A stretch of 64,000 nt of DNA from an uncultured Chloroflexia bacterium. Its GTDB lineage: Bacteria > Chloroflexota > Limnocylindria > Limnocylindrales > CSP1-4. The notes under the pieces are model-generated. The model searched no databases. It was not told where the DNA came from and was given only the letters and a program-made list of their open reading frames with translations. Location of the stretch: assembly GCA_963727005.1 (NCBI GenBank), contig CAVSEO010000005.1, positions 412,923-476,922 on the forward strand, written 5' to 3'. Shown one piece after another: positions 30,780 through 42,805 of the stretch (position 1 is the first letter of the stretch; each line of letters begins with the position of its first letter). A program made the position numbers and the translations under genes.

Positions 30780-32275
30780 CCGCCGCCGGAGAGCGCCTCG
30801 GACCCACTCTGTTCGAACGATCCCGGCCCGGGCGTGGCGGCGGCAAGATCCCGCACCCGCCGAAGGACGCCCTGGCTCGCATCCCCGCCGGACAGCTGCG
30901 CTCCCAGGGGCCCCGGCTGCCCGAGGTGTCCGAACCGGAGGTCGCTCGGCACTACGTCAACCTCTCCCAGCTCAACTACTCGGTCGACGGCGGCTTCTAC
31001 CCGCTCGGCTCGTGCACGATGAAGTACAACCCCAAGATCGACGAATGGGCGGCCCGTCTCCCCGGCTTCGCGTCGCTGCACCCGCTGGCACCCGACCGTC
31101 TTGCCCAGGGCACGCTGCAGCTGCTCTGGGAGCTGGAGCAGGCTCTGGCGGAGATCGGCGGCATGAAGGCCGTGACGCTCCAGCCGGCCGCGGGAGCCCA
31201 GGGCGAGCTCACCGGCATCCTGATGATCCGGGCTTATCACCGCAGCCGGGGCGACTACGAGCGGGCGGAGGTCCTGGTCCCGGACTCTGCCCACGGCACC
31301 AACCCGGCGACCGCCTCCATGGCCGGCTTCCGCACCGTCACCGTCCCGTCCGCTCCGGACGGCGGCGTCGACATCGCCGCCTTCACGGCGGCGCTCGGGC
31401 CCCGCACGGCCGCGGTCATGATCACCAACCCTTCGACCCTCGGTTTGTTCGAGTCGCGCCTGTGCGAGTTGCTCGACGCCGTTCATGCCGTCGGCGCCCT
31501 GGCCTACATGGACGGCGCGAACCTGAACGCCATCATGGGCCGCTTCAAGCCCGGCGAGGCCGGCTTCGACGTGATGCACATCAACGTCCACAAGACGTTC
31601 GCCACGCCCCACGGCGGAGGCGGGCCCGGGGCGGGGCCGGTCGGAGTAGGGGAGAAGCTGATGCCTTTCCTGCCCTCGCCACGCGTTCTCCGCGAGCCGG
31701 ACGGAAGCTTCCGCCTGGAGAAGCCGGGCGAGCGACCCCTGAGCATCGGGCGTGTGCGGGCCTTTGCCGGCAACACCGGCGTCCTGGTCCGGGCGTACTC
31801 GTACATTCGCGCCCACGGCGCACAAGGGCTTCGCGAGGTCAGCGACGATGCCGTCCTGGCGGCCAACTACCTCAAGACCCGCCTGACCGGGATACTGGAC
31901 GTTCCCTTCGAACGTCACTGCATGCACGAATTCGTGGCCTCGGCCGCGACACTCAAATCGGAGACGGGGATTCGCACGCTGGATGTGGCCAAGCGCCTAA
32001 TCGACTACGGCTTCCATCCGCCGACGATCTACTTCCCGCTGACCGTGGAAGAAGCGCTCCTGATCGAGCCGACCGAGACCGAGGCGCTCGAGACGCTCGA
32101 CCAGTTCGTCGAGGCGCTCCGGCTGATCGTCGGCGAGGCTCACGATGACCCGGAGTTGCTCCATTCGGCTCCCCACCAGTCGCCCGTCCGGCGGCTGGAC
32201 GAGACGACGGCCGCGCGTCAGCCCAATCTGAGATGGCGGACCATGACGGGCAGTCAGACGCCCTGCCCCGACTGA
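30776..32275 (+). CDS. gcvPB: Glycine dehydrogenase subunit 2
   Basis: YPLGSCTMKYNP, QPAAGAQGE, HGTNPATA and PLP-Lys motif NVHKTFATPHGGGGPG. Confidence 0.96.
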   Translation: MTAAGERLGPTLFERSRPGRGGGKIPHPPKDALARIPAGQLRSQGPRLPEVSEPEVARHYVNLSQLNYSVDGGFYPLGSCTMKYNPKIDEWAARLPGFASLHPLAPDRLAQGTLQLLWELEQALAEIGGMKAVTLQPAAGAQGELTGILMIRAYHRSRGDYERAEVLVPDSAHGTNPATASMAGFRTVTVPSAPDGGVDIAAFTAALGPRTAAVMITNPSTLGLFESRLCELLDAVHAVGALAYMDGANLNAIMGRFKPGEAGFDVMHINVHKTFATPHGGGGPGAGPVGVGEKLMPFLPSPRVLREPDGSFRLEKPGERPLSIGRVRAFAGNTGVLVRAYSYIRAHGAQGLREVSDDAVLAANYLKTRLTGILDVPFERHCMHEFVASAATLKSETGIRTLDVAKRLIDYGFHPPTIYFPLTVEEALLIEPTETEALETLDQFVEALRLIVGEAHDDPELLHSAPHQSPVRRLDETTAARQPNLRWRTMTGSQTPCPD

Positions 32276-32331
32276 TAGCCGATGGCTGCCGGCCAGGAAA
32301 CCGGGTTGGGGTCGCGCCCGTGGAGGCACGG

Positions 32332-34129
32332 ATGCGGCGGCGTCTAGGCAGCGTACTCACGATCGCTGTCCTGGTGGCGAGCGCCTGTTCGTCATCGAGA
32401 GGTACGCCTCCGCCCGGGACGGCGGCCTCGGCGACCCAGATCGCGCCGATCGCGGCCCCGACGCCGACGTCGGCGGCCCTCCGTTTGACCGGATCCACTT
32501 ACAAGGCCACGCCCCCGACGGCCAGCGGCGGCAAGATCGTCCTCGCCGAGTGGCAGTATCCGACTACCTTCAATCCGTATTTCGCGCGACTCGCAGCCGA
32601 CTTCGAGGTCACGGACAGCATGTTCGACGGCTTGCTCGAAGTCACGCCCGACCTGCGCTACGCCCCCGACCTGGCCCTGGGCGTGCCGACCATCGACAAC
32701 GGCGGTGTCGTCCTCAAGGGCGGCGGCATGGACGTGACCTTCGATTTGAAGCCCGGCATGCTGTGGTCCGACGGCCAGCCCATCAACTGCGACGACGTAA
32801 AGGCGACGTGGGCCTGGAACATGGATCCGTCCAACTCGAGTCTTGCAGGCGGAACCGCGGGCTGGGAGGACATCACCGGCATCGACGGCGGAACCGGCAC
32901 GAAATGCGTCATCCACTTCTCCAGGGTCTACGAGGGCTACCTCGGCCTCGTTGCGGCGGTCCTTCCCGCCCACTACATCACCACAGTCCCGGTCAAGGAC
33001 GCTCCGGGCAAGCTCTATCCGATCAACAACCCGGGCGCCGGCGTATACAGCGGCCCCTACATCCCGACGGCTACCAAGCCCCGGGCTCAAGTGACTCTGG
33101 TTCCCAACCCGAAGTGGGAGACCATCAGCGGCCACGCGCCCTGGCTGCAATCTGTCACGTGGAAGTACTACCCGGATACGGCCACGATGATCGCCGGATT
33201 CAAGACCGGCCGGTTACGACGTCGGCCAGGGTCTCGGCAACGCCGACATCCCGGCGCTCGCGGGGATCGACCCGAGCCAGACGGTGATCCACGACTCGCC
33301 GGCCTATGAGCTCATGGCCTTCAACAACGCGAGCATCAAGACCAAGTTCGGGACCGACTACCCGATCATCATCCAGGCCATCAGGCTCGCGACCGACCGT
33401 CCGGCCATCGCGAACGGGCCGCTGGCGGGCCACGTCACGGTCAGCAACAACTTCACGTTGCCGCTCACCTGGTACCACAAGGACGTCGGAGGCTCCATCG
33501 CTGCCGATCCGATCTCCGCCTCGACGCTCCTCGCCAACGCCGGGTGGAGCAAGAACGCCGACGGCTATCTGTCCAAGCAGACCAAGCTTCTGGAGTTGTC
33601 CTATTGCAGCGACATGGGGCAGGCCCGAGTGGACACGCTGAAACTGGTGGCCTCCCAGCTGAAGTCGATCGGCATAAAGGTGGACGTGAACACCAAGCCG
33701 TCTGCGGATGTCTTCGGCTCGTGGAACGCCAGCAAACCCGAGACTCAGTGCAACCTCAGCCACGGCAATTTCGACGTGGCCGAATTCTCCTACGAGTGGC
33801 CTCCGATGGATCCACTGCTTCAGTACCGGGCGTACCGATCGGACGAGACCCCGGACAACCCGCCGAACACCGGCCAGAACGTGACCCGCGTCAACAACCC
33901 GGCGCTCGACAAGGCGTACGACACGGTGAGGGGGAGCGTGGACTTCGGCCAGATTCTGGATGCCATGTCCGCGATCCAGGACATCTACGGCTCCGACAAG
34001 AACACGTACGAGCTGCCCCTCTATTTCCGCAAGGATGTCTGGCTCGTCGGCTCCCGGCTCCACAACTTCACGGGTAACCCGTCACCCGCTGGAGGAGAGT
34101 GGAACATCGGTGACTGGTGGGTCGGCTGA
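32332..34129 (+). CDS. oppA: Peptide ABC transporter substrate-binding lipoprotein 1 (family 5), frameshift near 33210
   Basis: Lipobox VASAC, LKPGMLWSDGQP, YSGPY and C-terminal WNIGDWW. Confidence 0.88.
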
Positions 34130-34246
34130 TCGTTTCCGCGCCTGGAGCCCTCTTGCGGCCGGCATCGCGGCCGGGTCGGACCCCGGTGGAAGGCATCCGG
34201 GTTCGCGCGCTGCCGGCCCGGACCCGGTTGACAAAGACAAAGCGTT

Positions 34247-34286
34247 AAACGTGACGTTTGACACCCATGCGGAGCGTGGCCATAGT
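34247..34286 (+). promoter_or_regulatory. sigma70 promoter TTGACA-N17-CATAGT with overlapping palindrome AAACGT-G-ACGTTT
   Basis: -35 at 34258-63, -10 at 34281-86, palindrome at 34247-59; second TTGACA at 34228-33. Confidence 0.65.
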
Positions 34287-34417
34287 ACGGGGCAGTGACA
34301 GCCCAACAACGCCCAACGTGCTCAAGAACGAACGATGTCTGGTCCTGGTTGTTCCCGGAGGGACGGACATCTCGGGCCGCGATGAATGGGCTGCATTCCT
34401 TTTTGGGAGGCGGATAG

Positions 34418-36297
34418 ATGCGGAAACGTCTGGTCAGTGTTCTATCGGTTGCGGTTCTGGTGGCGGCGGCCTGCTCGTCATCCACCACCACGCCATCACC
34501 GGCGGCCACGCCGGCTCCAGCGGCAACACCGGCGGCGGCCACGCCGACTCCGGTGCCGTCTCCAACGCCCCTCAGTGACCTGGACAAGGCCCTGTTCGGC
34601 ACCAACTACAAGCCCGCTGCCGGCAAGCCCGGTGGCACGCTCGTCATGGGCGAGTGGCAGCCGGCATCTCAGCTGAACCCGTTCTACACGACCGCCTTCA
34701 CCGACTTCGAGGCCCTCGGGCCGGTCATGCGCGGCTTCACGACGATCAGCTCCGACGGCAAGTACATCCCTGACCTTGCCACCACGGTTCCCACGCTGAC
34801 CAACGGCGGCGTGACTGTCGACGCCGATGGCAAGGGCATGAGCATCAAGGTCACGCTCAAGCCAAACCTCAAGTGGTCCGATGGCAAGACCCTGGATGGC
34901 AACGACTTCGCGTACACCGTGAAGTGGGCCCAGGATCCAGCCCAGAAGGGCTGCACCTCTTGCGCCGTCGGGTTCACCTATCTGGATGCGAACGGCAAGA
35001 CGCAGCCGCTGATCGACAAGGTCGACGTCTCTGCGGACGGCCTGACCGTGACGATGCACTTCGTGCAGCTGTACTCCAGCTGGCTTAGCTTCCTCGCCGG
35101 CCCGGCGACGATCCTGCCCCAGCACTACATGAGCACCATCCCGATCGCCGATGCCTCGACCAAGTCGATGCCGGTGAGCGCAGCGGCCGCCAACGTTCCG
35201 TGGAGCGGCCCGTTCATGATCACGGCGGCCGGCCCGACCGAGATCGACTACAAGCCGAACCCATATTGGGCCGGTGGCGTCGGCGGAGCGCACGCCCCGT
35301 ACCTGGCTGGGCTCAAGTTCCAGTTCTTCACCGACAAGGCGGGCATGATCGCCGCCTTCAAGAACGGTGAGATCGACCTGGCCCTCGACCTGACCCAGGC
35401 CGACGCTTCGAACGTGAAGAGCACGGATCCGAAGATCGGCAAGGCCGAAGTCACGCCGGCCTGGCAGTACGAGCACTTCGACATGAACCGCCAGCAAGAA
35501 CGCTCCGTTCCTGTCCGACGTGAACGTTCGCAAGGCCATCTACGAGGCCGTCGACAAGCAGTCCATCATCGACGCGGTCTTCCCCGGGTCGGGCGTCACG
35601 CCCGCCTGCTCGAACGTCCCGCCCGGACTGTGGTATCTCACCGATGTGACCTGCCCGACCTACGACGTGGCCGCAGCCAAGTCGCTCCTCGACGCGGCCG
35701 AAGCTGCCCGCCGGGGCGGACGGCAACCGCACATACAACGGCAAGGCGATCGACCTGCTGCTCTGCACGACGGCCGGCAACAGCACCCGCCTGACCGAGC
35801 TCCAGAAGCTCCAGGGCTACCTCAAGGCAGTCGGCATCAAGAGCCACATCGTGACCGCTGATGCCAGCTCCGTGGTCTTCGCAGGCTGGAACGATACCGC
35901 CGCAACCCCGAACAAGGATTGCCAGATGTATCGCGGCAACTACGACATCGTGGACTACGCGTACATCATCGGCGGCAGCCCATACAGCGACAACAATCCC
36001 GTCTATTCCAGCGACCAGTGGCCCGAGAAGGGCGATCACACTGGCGCCAACGACACTCGCTTCAGCAGCCCCGACATGGACGCGGCCCTCGAGATCCTCA
36101 GCTCGGCCGTTGACCCGAAGGACCAGCTGACGGCGATGGTCGACGTGCAAAAGGCTTACATCGCCGGCCTGCCGGAGATCCCGCTCTACTACCGCGCGGA
36201 GACCACCGGAGTCGGTGTCCACGTGGGCAACTGGCCCGGCTACAACCCGAGCTCCATCGGCCCAACGTGGAACGTGGAGGACTGGTTCTTCCAGTAG
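34418..36297 (+). CDS. oppA: Peptide ABC transporter substrate-binding lipoprotein 2, frameshifts near 35490-35850
   Basis: Lipobox VAAAC, LKPNLKWSDG, WSGPF, EHFDMN and WNVEDWF; paralog of the preceding gene. Confidence 0.88.
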
Positions 36298-36335
36298 ATC
36301 GAAGCCGCTAGGCCTTCATCAGTCCGAGCAACCAG

Positions 36336-36366
36336 GGGGCGGGCGATGGTCACCATCGCCCGCCCC
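36336..36366 (+). terminator. 14-bp perfect hairpin after SBP2 (terminator or mRNA stabilizer)
   Basis: GGGGCGGGCGATGG-TCA-CCATCGCCCGCCCC. Confidence 0.7.
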
Positions 36367-36500
36367 GTTGTTGCCGCTCCCACGGCTCATCCCGTCGCCC
36401 CGGCTGCGTTACGATGTGCCGCAACTCGCCGCTCGCCTCAGGTCCTCAACTCCGCCGGCAGGGGCCGTAACGGTCCTCCCGCAAGACGCGTAGGAAAGCG

Positions 36501-37606
36501 ATGACCAAGTACATCATCCGGCGGCTGCTGCAGGCCATCCCAGTCATCTTCCTGATCAGCATCGTCTGCTTCGTTCTGATGCTGATGGCCCCCGGAGGCC
36601 CGCAGGCTCAGTTCAACCAGAACCGGTTCATCAAGCCGGAGCAGGTCGACCAGTGGCTCCAGCACTGGTGCCTGGTTCGCAACCCGGGCCCGCCGGACAT
36701 GATCAAGGAGTATGCCGGCTGGCTGGGGGTCTGGAATTGCAATACGCGAGCTTCCTCAGCGAGAACGGAGGCCTCAACTTCCTGCCGTCCTTCCTCGGCG
36801 GCGGCGTCAACGGGATGCTACACGGCGATTGGGGGATCTCGATCTACCTCAACCAGCCCGTCCTCGACGTGATCCTCGGCCGGCTACCCGTGACTCTGCT
36901 GCTCATGGTCACGGCCTGGATCATCTGGCTCACCCTGGCCCTGATCCTGGTGTCGTGGCCGCGATTCGGCGCTACAGCCTCTTCGATCAAGCGGCGACGC
37001 TGTTCAGCTACACCTTCTACTCGTTACCCACCTTCTGGCTGGGCTTGATGCTGATCGAATCTTCGCCGTGACGCTGCACTGGTTCCCCAGCCAGCTGATC
37101 CAGTCGCCGCAGGATCTCGCCCGGCCCATTTGCGTCGGGAGTCTGGTGGGAGGCCTTCTGGACCAATCCGGGACTCTACGGCTGGGACGTGGCGATGCAT
37201 CTGGTTCTTCCGGTGACGACCCTCGTGGCCGTCAGCGTGGCCGGAGACAGCCAATTCGTGCAGATCGGCCATGCTGGAATCGCTCAACCAGGATTACGTG
37301 AGAACCGCTCGAGCCAAGGGGTTGTCGGAGCGAAGAGTCATCTTCAGGCACGCCTTCCGCAACGCCTTGCTGCCGATCATCACCAACGGCGCCCTGGAGG
37401 TCGCCTTCCTCTTCTCGGGGGCCATCGTCACCGAGACCATCTTCAGCCTGCAGGGGATGGGCTACCTATACATCCAGGGCCTGCAGGCCCATGACTACTT
37501 CCTGCTGATGGGAATCGTGTTCATCGGCGCGATCCTGGTGGTTGTGTTCAACCTGGTTGCGGACGTGCTATACGCAGTCGCCGACCCGCGAATCCGGTAC
37601 GACTGA
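36501..37606 (+). CDS. oppB: Peptide ABC permease B, frameshifted
   Basis: YIIRRLLQAIP, PTFWLGLMLI, QDYVRTARAKGL and FRHAFRNA motifs. Confidence 0.88.
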
Positions 37607-37618
37607 GGCCCGCAGAAG

Positions 37619-38587
37619 ATGTTCAAACCCGAATCCGCGGAGTAGCTTGCCGATCGCCGCAAGCGCGGCCACGCCATCCTTGATAGACGGCCCGGAGCTG
37701 CCCATCGATATCGAGGTCGCCCTCGAGTCGCTCAATCAGTGGCAGCTCGCCGTCAAGCGCTTCATGCGCCACAGGATGGCCCTGATCGGCCTTGGCATGT
37801 TCTCCTTCATCGTCCTGGTGGCGATCATCGGCCCCATCGTGGCTCCATATAACCCGATCGACATCCCGGGCGCCATGCACCAGGGTGGAGATGGCCCATC
37901 GTTCACCCACCCGATGGGAACCGACGATGCCGGGCGAGACGTCTTCACGATGGTGGTCAACGGGGCCCACATCTCCCTGGCGGTCGGCTATTTCGCGACG
38001 CTCATCGCAGGGTTCATCGGAATCATCGTCGGTTCGATCTCCGGAGCAGCCGGGGGAGTCGTCGACAACATACTGATGCGCCTGGTCGATGTCACCTTCG
38101 CCGTCCCGCTGCTCTTTCTCATCCTGGTGGCCGCCGTCTTCTTCGGCCAGGGCAGCATGGTCGCGCTCATCCTGGTCTTCGGGATACTCTGCAATGGGGG
38201 CTCATCGCCCGGCTGGTGAGGGCCCAATTCCTGAGCCTGCGCGAGGCGGACTTCGTCGAGGCGGCTCGGGCGGTCGGCGTCGGCACCTGCGCATCACCTT
38301 CCGCCACATCCTGCCCAACGCCCTTGGCCCGGTCATCGTCGTGATGACCCTGCTGATGGCCTCCAACATCGTGCTCGAGGCATTCGTGAGCTTCCTCGAA
38401 CTTCGGTATCGCCGCCAACGACGCCACCTGGGGCAACGTCTTGACCAACGCGCAGAACGCACATGGTCGACGGCAACTGGTGGTGGGCCTTCTTCCCGGG
38501 CATGGCGATCGCCCTGACGGTGATCTCGCATCAACTTCATGGGTGACGGGCTGCACGACGCACTCGACCCGAGGCAGCCGCGAGTGA
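37619..38587 (+). CDS. oppC: Peptide ABC permease C, frameshifted (ends approximate)
   Basis: [27 protein letters not shown] and [11 protein letters not shown] motifs. Confidence 0.85.
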
Positions 38588-38592
38588 CCGCG

Positions 38593-39706
38593 ATGTCGAT
38601 CTCCGGCGCCGGCCGACGCCGGGGCCGTCGATCGGCGCCGCAGCCGCCGGACGGCGCGCTGCTCGAGGTCCGCGGTCTGAGGACCTACTTCCACGTCATG
38701 GACGGCACCGTTCCCGCCGTGGACGGCGTGGACTTCCAGATCAAGCGCGGCGAGACGCTCGGGCTCGTGGGCGAGTCGGGCTGCGGCAAGAGCGTGACCG
38801 TCACTGACGATCATGCGCCTGATCGACATCCCGCCCGGCGAGATCGCTGCCGGCGAGATCTGGTTCGACGGCCGCGACCTGCTCAAGCTGTCGACGTCGG
38901 AGATGCGCGCAGTCCGCGGCAGCGAGATCGAGCATGATCTTCCAGGAGCCGATGACGCAGCCTCAACCCGGTGTTCACCGATCGGCGACCAGATCTCCGA
39001 GGCGATCAAGCGCACCGGAACGTCGTCGCAAGAAGGAGGCCGAGATCGAGCCATCGAGATGCTCGCGGCCGTCGGGATCCCGTCCCCGGAGCGGCGGGTC
39101 AAGCAGTATCCGCACGAGCTCTCGGGCGGCATGCGCCAGCGCGTCATGATCGCCATGGCCCTGTCTTGCGACCCGAAGCTGATCATCGCCGACGAGCCGA
39201 CAACGGCGCTCGACGTGACGATCCAGGCCCAGATCCTGGAGCTCATCAAGGCACATCCAGGAGCGGACCGGCACGGCACTGCTGCTGATCACGCACGACC
39301 TGGCCGTCGTGGCCGAGACGGTCCAGACGCATCGCGGTGATGTATGCGGGCCAGATCGTCGAGGCCGGGACCGCCGAGGAGGTTCTGCTCGCACCCGCAG
39401 CACCCGTACACCCAGGGCCTGCTGACCTCGATCCCCGGCGTCCGAAGCGCGGCCAGCGCTCTGAACGTGATCAAGGGCGTGGTCCCCAACCCGTTCCGGA
39501 TGCCGCCGGGTGCAAGTTTCGAGCCGCGCTGCCCGCACTGCCTGCGGGGCCGTGCGAGGACTGCGAGCCCGACCTCGTGCCGGCCGGCCCGAACCGGAGT
39601 CGGCCTCGCGCTGGCTTCCTGCATCGCGCCCGAGGGAGCGAGCCGCCGAGAAGCGATCCGAGAAGCGGTGCTGGCGACCGATGGAGAGGGTGGGCGGCTG
39701 ACGTGA
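38593..39706 (+). CDS. oppD: Peptide ABC ATPase D, frameshifted
   Basis: [33 protein letters not shown] and HPYTQGLL motifs. Confidence 0.88.
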
Positions 39707-40884
39707 CCGACAGCCTCCAACCGATTGCCGCCGACGACCTCCCCGGACTCGCGACCGACGACACGGCCGGTGTCTGCTGGGACCGCAGAACCTCATCAAG
39801 TACTTCCCGATCATGGGCGGGCTGCTGCGCCGCCAGATCGGCAGATGTCAACGCCGTCGACGACGTCAGCCTCCGAGATCTACAGAGGCGAGACGTTCGG
39901 CCTCGTCGGCGAGTCGGGCTGCGGCAAGACGACCTTCGGGCGGACGTCTCCGCCTCGAGAAGGCGACCGGTGGGTCCGTCTCGATGGACGGCCAGGACGT
40001 CCTGGCCCTGCACGGCGACGAGCTCTGAAGAAGCATGCGCCGCCGCATGCAGCTCATCTTCCAGGACCCGTACGGCTCGCTGAACCCGCGCATGCCGGTC
40101 AGCGACATCATCGGCGAGGGGCTGCTCGCCCAGGGCGACAAGGCCAACGGCTGGAGGAAGCGATCCATGCGCGACAGCGCGTCGGCGACTACCTCGAGGC
40201 CGTGGGCCTGCGGCGCGACTACTCGCGGCGCTACCCGCACGAGTTCTCGGGCGGCCAGCGACAGCGCATCGGCATCGCCCGCGCCCTGGCCCTCGATCCC
40301 GAGTTCATCGTCTGCGACGAGCCGGTCTCGGCCCTGGACGTCTCGATCCAGTCGCAGATCCTGAACCTGCTGCTCGATCTGCGGCGGGAGTTCAACCTGA
40401 CCTACCTGTTCATCGCCCACAACCTGTCCGTCGTCGAGTACTTCTGCGACCGGATCGGCGTCATGTACCTGGGCAAGATCGTCGAGGTCGCGGCGACGGA
40501 GCGCTCTTCGCGCGATCCGCGCCACCCGTACTCGCGTGGCGCTCCTCTCGGCCATCCCCGATCCCGGACCCGCGGGTTCGCAAGAAGCGCCTGGTCCTGC
40601 AAGGGCGACGTTCCATCGCCCGCGAACCCTCCCTCTGGCTGCCGCTTCCACACGCGCTGCTGGCTGCGGGAACGGCTGGGCAACCGGCCGAAATTGCTCG
40701 ACCATGGACCCACCGCTGCGCGACACTGGGCGGCGGCCAGCTGGCCGCCTGCCACTTCGCCGAGCAGGTGACCGTCCAGGCGGCGCAGGAGGCGGCCGCA
40801 ACGCAGTCGGTCATCGAGACCGCCGTCGACGTCGACGTAGCGGCTCGCGATCGCGTCGGGGCCTGCAACAGTGGCCCGACTTGA
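39703..40884 (+). CDS. oppF: Peptide ABC ATPase F, frameshifted (ends approximate)
   Basis: [44 protein letters not shown] and [11 protein letters not shown] motifs. Confidence 0.88.
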
Positions 40885-40991
40885 TATAGGGTGGCGGGGC
40901 TTGCGAAGTCCATCTCGAGGGGCCCGACTGTCCTGCCCAACGTGACGGTCGTGTGCACCGGGAGAGGGCCAACTGGATGAAGGGAGAAGAA

Positions 40992-42671
40992 ATGAAGCGT
41001 CTGGCCTCGTTGCTTGCCGTTGCCGCCCTCGCGGCCGCGGCGTGCGGGAGCGGCTCCAGCTCGCCGCCTCCGGGGTCAGTTCCCAAGTCCGGTGGCACCC
41101 TGTCGGTCGCGATCGCCGGCGACATGACATATGCGGACCCCGCCCTCGTCAGTGACGAGAGCTCCATGCTCGTCGCCAGCCAGGTGGTCGAAGGCCTGGT
41201 CGGCCTCAAACCGGGCACGATCAGCGAAGTGGTTCCGGTCCTCGCCTCCGAGCTGCCGGCGGTCAGTCCCGACGGTTTGACCTACACCTTCAAGCTTCGG
41301 ACGGGCATCAAGTTCCACGATGGCACCGACTTCAACGCCGCGGCGGTGAAGTCCAACTACGACCGCTGGAAGGCCTTCCCCAAGGGCGACCTGCAGGACC
41401 ACGCCACGTACTACGCGGCCGCATTCGGTGGCTTCGGTGACGCGTCCAATGTGGCGTCCGTAGAGGCGCCCGACGCCACGACGGTCGTCTTGACGCTGCG
41501 CGTCCCGCAGAGCAACTTCCTGCTCAGCCAGACCGGTCCCGCCTTCGGCATCCAGAGCCCCACGGCGATTCAAGCCAACGAAGGCGACAACCCGACTCTG
41601 AGCAACAATCCTTATGCCCTCGGACAGGGCGGACAGGGCAAGGCCATGGTCGGCACGGGGCCGTTCATGTTCGGCGAATGGAAGCCCAACGACCAGATAT
41701 CCGTGGTGAAGAACCCGAGCTACTGGAACCCGAAGGGCCGGCCTTATCTGGACCAGATCGTCTTCAAGCCGTACGCCGACTCGGCCGCGCGAATCGGGGC
41801 CCTCCAGAGCGGCGCCGTGGATCTCATCGGAACCCTCGATCCGGCTGCCGTCGGCACCGTTCGGGCCTCGTCCAACCTCCGTGTCCTGCATTCCGGCTCA
41901 TCGTGCGCGAATGCCCAGATCTACATGAACAACGCGGCCACGATCAACGGCCAGGCCAATCCTCTGGCCAACAAGAACGTCCGCTTCGCGATCGCGTCGT
42001 CCGTGGAGAAGCAGTCCTATATCAACGCCTTCTACGCCGGCGGGGCGACCGTCGCCGACAACTGGATGCCGGCCGGGGCCGAGTACTACAAGCGCGAGTA
42101 CCTGCCGTCGTACGACGTCACCCGGGCCAGGAGCTTCGTGGCCCAATCCGGACTTTCGAGCGCCGCATTGACTCTCGATCTGTGGTATCCGTCCGGAATC
42201 GCGACGTTGTCCCTGCCCGACCCGCAAGGTCTTGCGCAGGCGATTGCCGAGGATCTCGGGACCATAGGGATCACCGTCAACATCAAGACCGAGGCGAACT
42301 CGCCCAACTTCCTGTCGGACCAGGCGAACGGCAAGCTCCAGATGTGGCTCTCGGGGCGGTCGTGCCTCTGGGGCGGGCCGGACGACTTCCTCAGCAGCGG
42401 TCTCTTCCGCTACGTCGGCGGAGTCCCGTCGCCCGAGTTCAGCTACACCAACGATGCCCTCAACGCGGCCATGACGGCGGCGCTCTCGGCGGCGGACCCG
42501 GCAGCCGCCCAGTCCGGCTGGTACAAAGCCCAGGACCTCATAGCCGCGGATATGCCGACGGTCCCACTCCTCGACGCAATGCGGCCCGCGGGCGCGCGGG
42601 ACTACGTCGTCGGCTTCGTCGGGTCCGGCAGCGGCATCGAGAGCCTCAGCTCGGTGTGGCTCAACAAATAG
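40992..42671 (+). CDS. dppA: Dipeptide-type ABC substrate-binding lipoprotein 3 (family 5)
   Basis: Lipobox AAAAC, TYTFKLRTGIKFHDG, VGTGPFMF and NKNVRFAIA motifs. Confidence 0.9.
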   Translation: MKRLASLLAVAALAAAACGSGSSSPPPGSVPKSGGTLSVAIAGDMTYADPALVSDESSMLVASQVVEGLVGLKPGTISEVVPVLASELPAVSPDGLTYTFKLRTGIKFHDGTDFNAAAVKSNYDRWKAFPKGDLQDHATYYAAAFGGFGDASNVASVEAPDATTVVLTLRVPQSNFLLSQTGPAFGIQSPTAIQANEGDNPTLSNNPYALGQGGQGKAMVGTGPFMFGEWKPNDQISVVKNPSYWNPKGRPYLDQIVFKPYADSAARIGALQSGAVDLIGTLDPAAVGTVRASSNLRVLHSGSSCANAQIYMNNAATINGQANPLANKNVRFAIASSVEKQSYINAFYAGGATVADNWMPAGAEYYKREYLPSYDVTRARSFVAQSGLSSAALTLDLWYPSGIATLSLPDPQGLAQAIAEDLGTIGITVNIKTEANSPNFLSDQANGKLQMWLSGRSCLWGGPDDFLSSGLFRYVGGVPSPEFSYTNDALNAAMTAALSAADPAAAQSGWYKAQDLIAADMPTVPLLDAMRPAGARDYVVGFVGSGSGIESLSSVWLNK

Positions 42672-42805
42672 CCGCTGACAAGGTCAGGCATCTGGCATAC
42701 GCTGTGGCAAGTGATTTCATCGCGAAATCGAGGATTTGACCGGGCTGCCCAATCAGGTGCCACGCCTTCCCGGTCAAGGGAGTCGAGTCAGGAAAGGGAG
42801 AGAAC

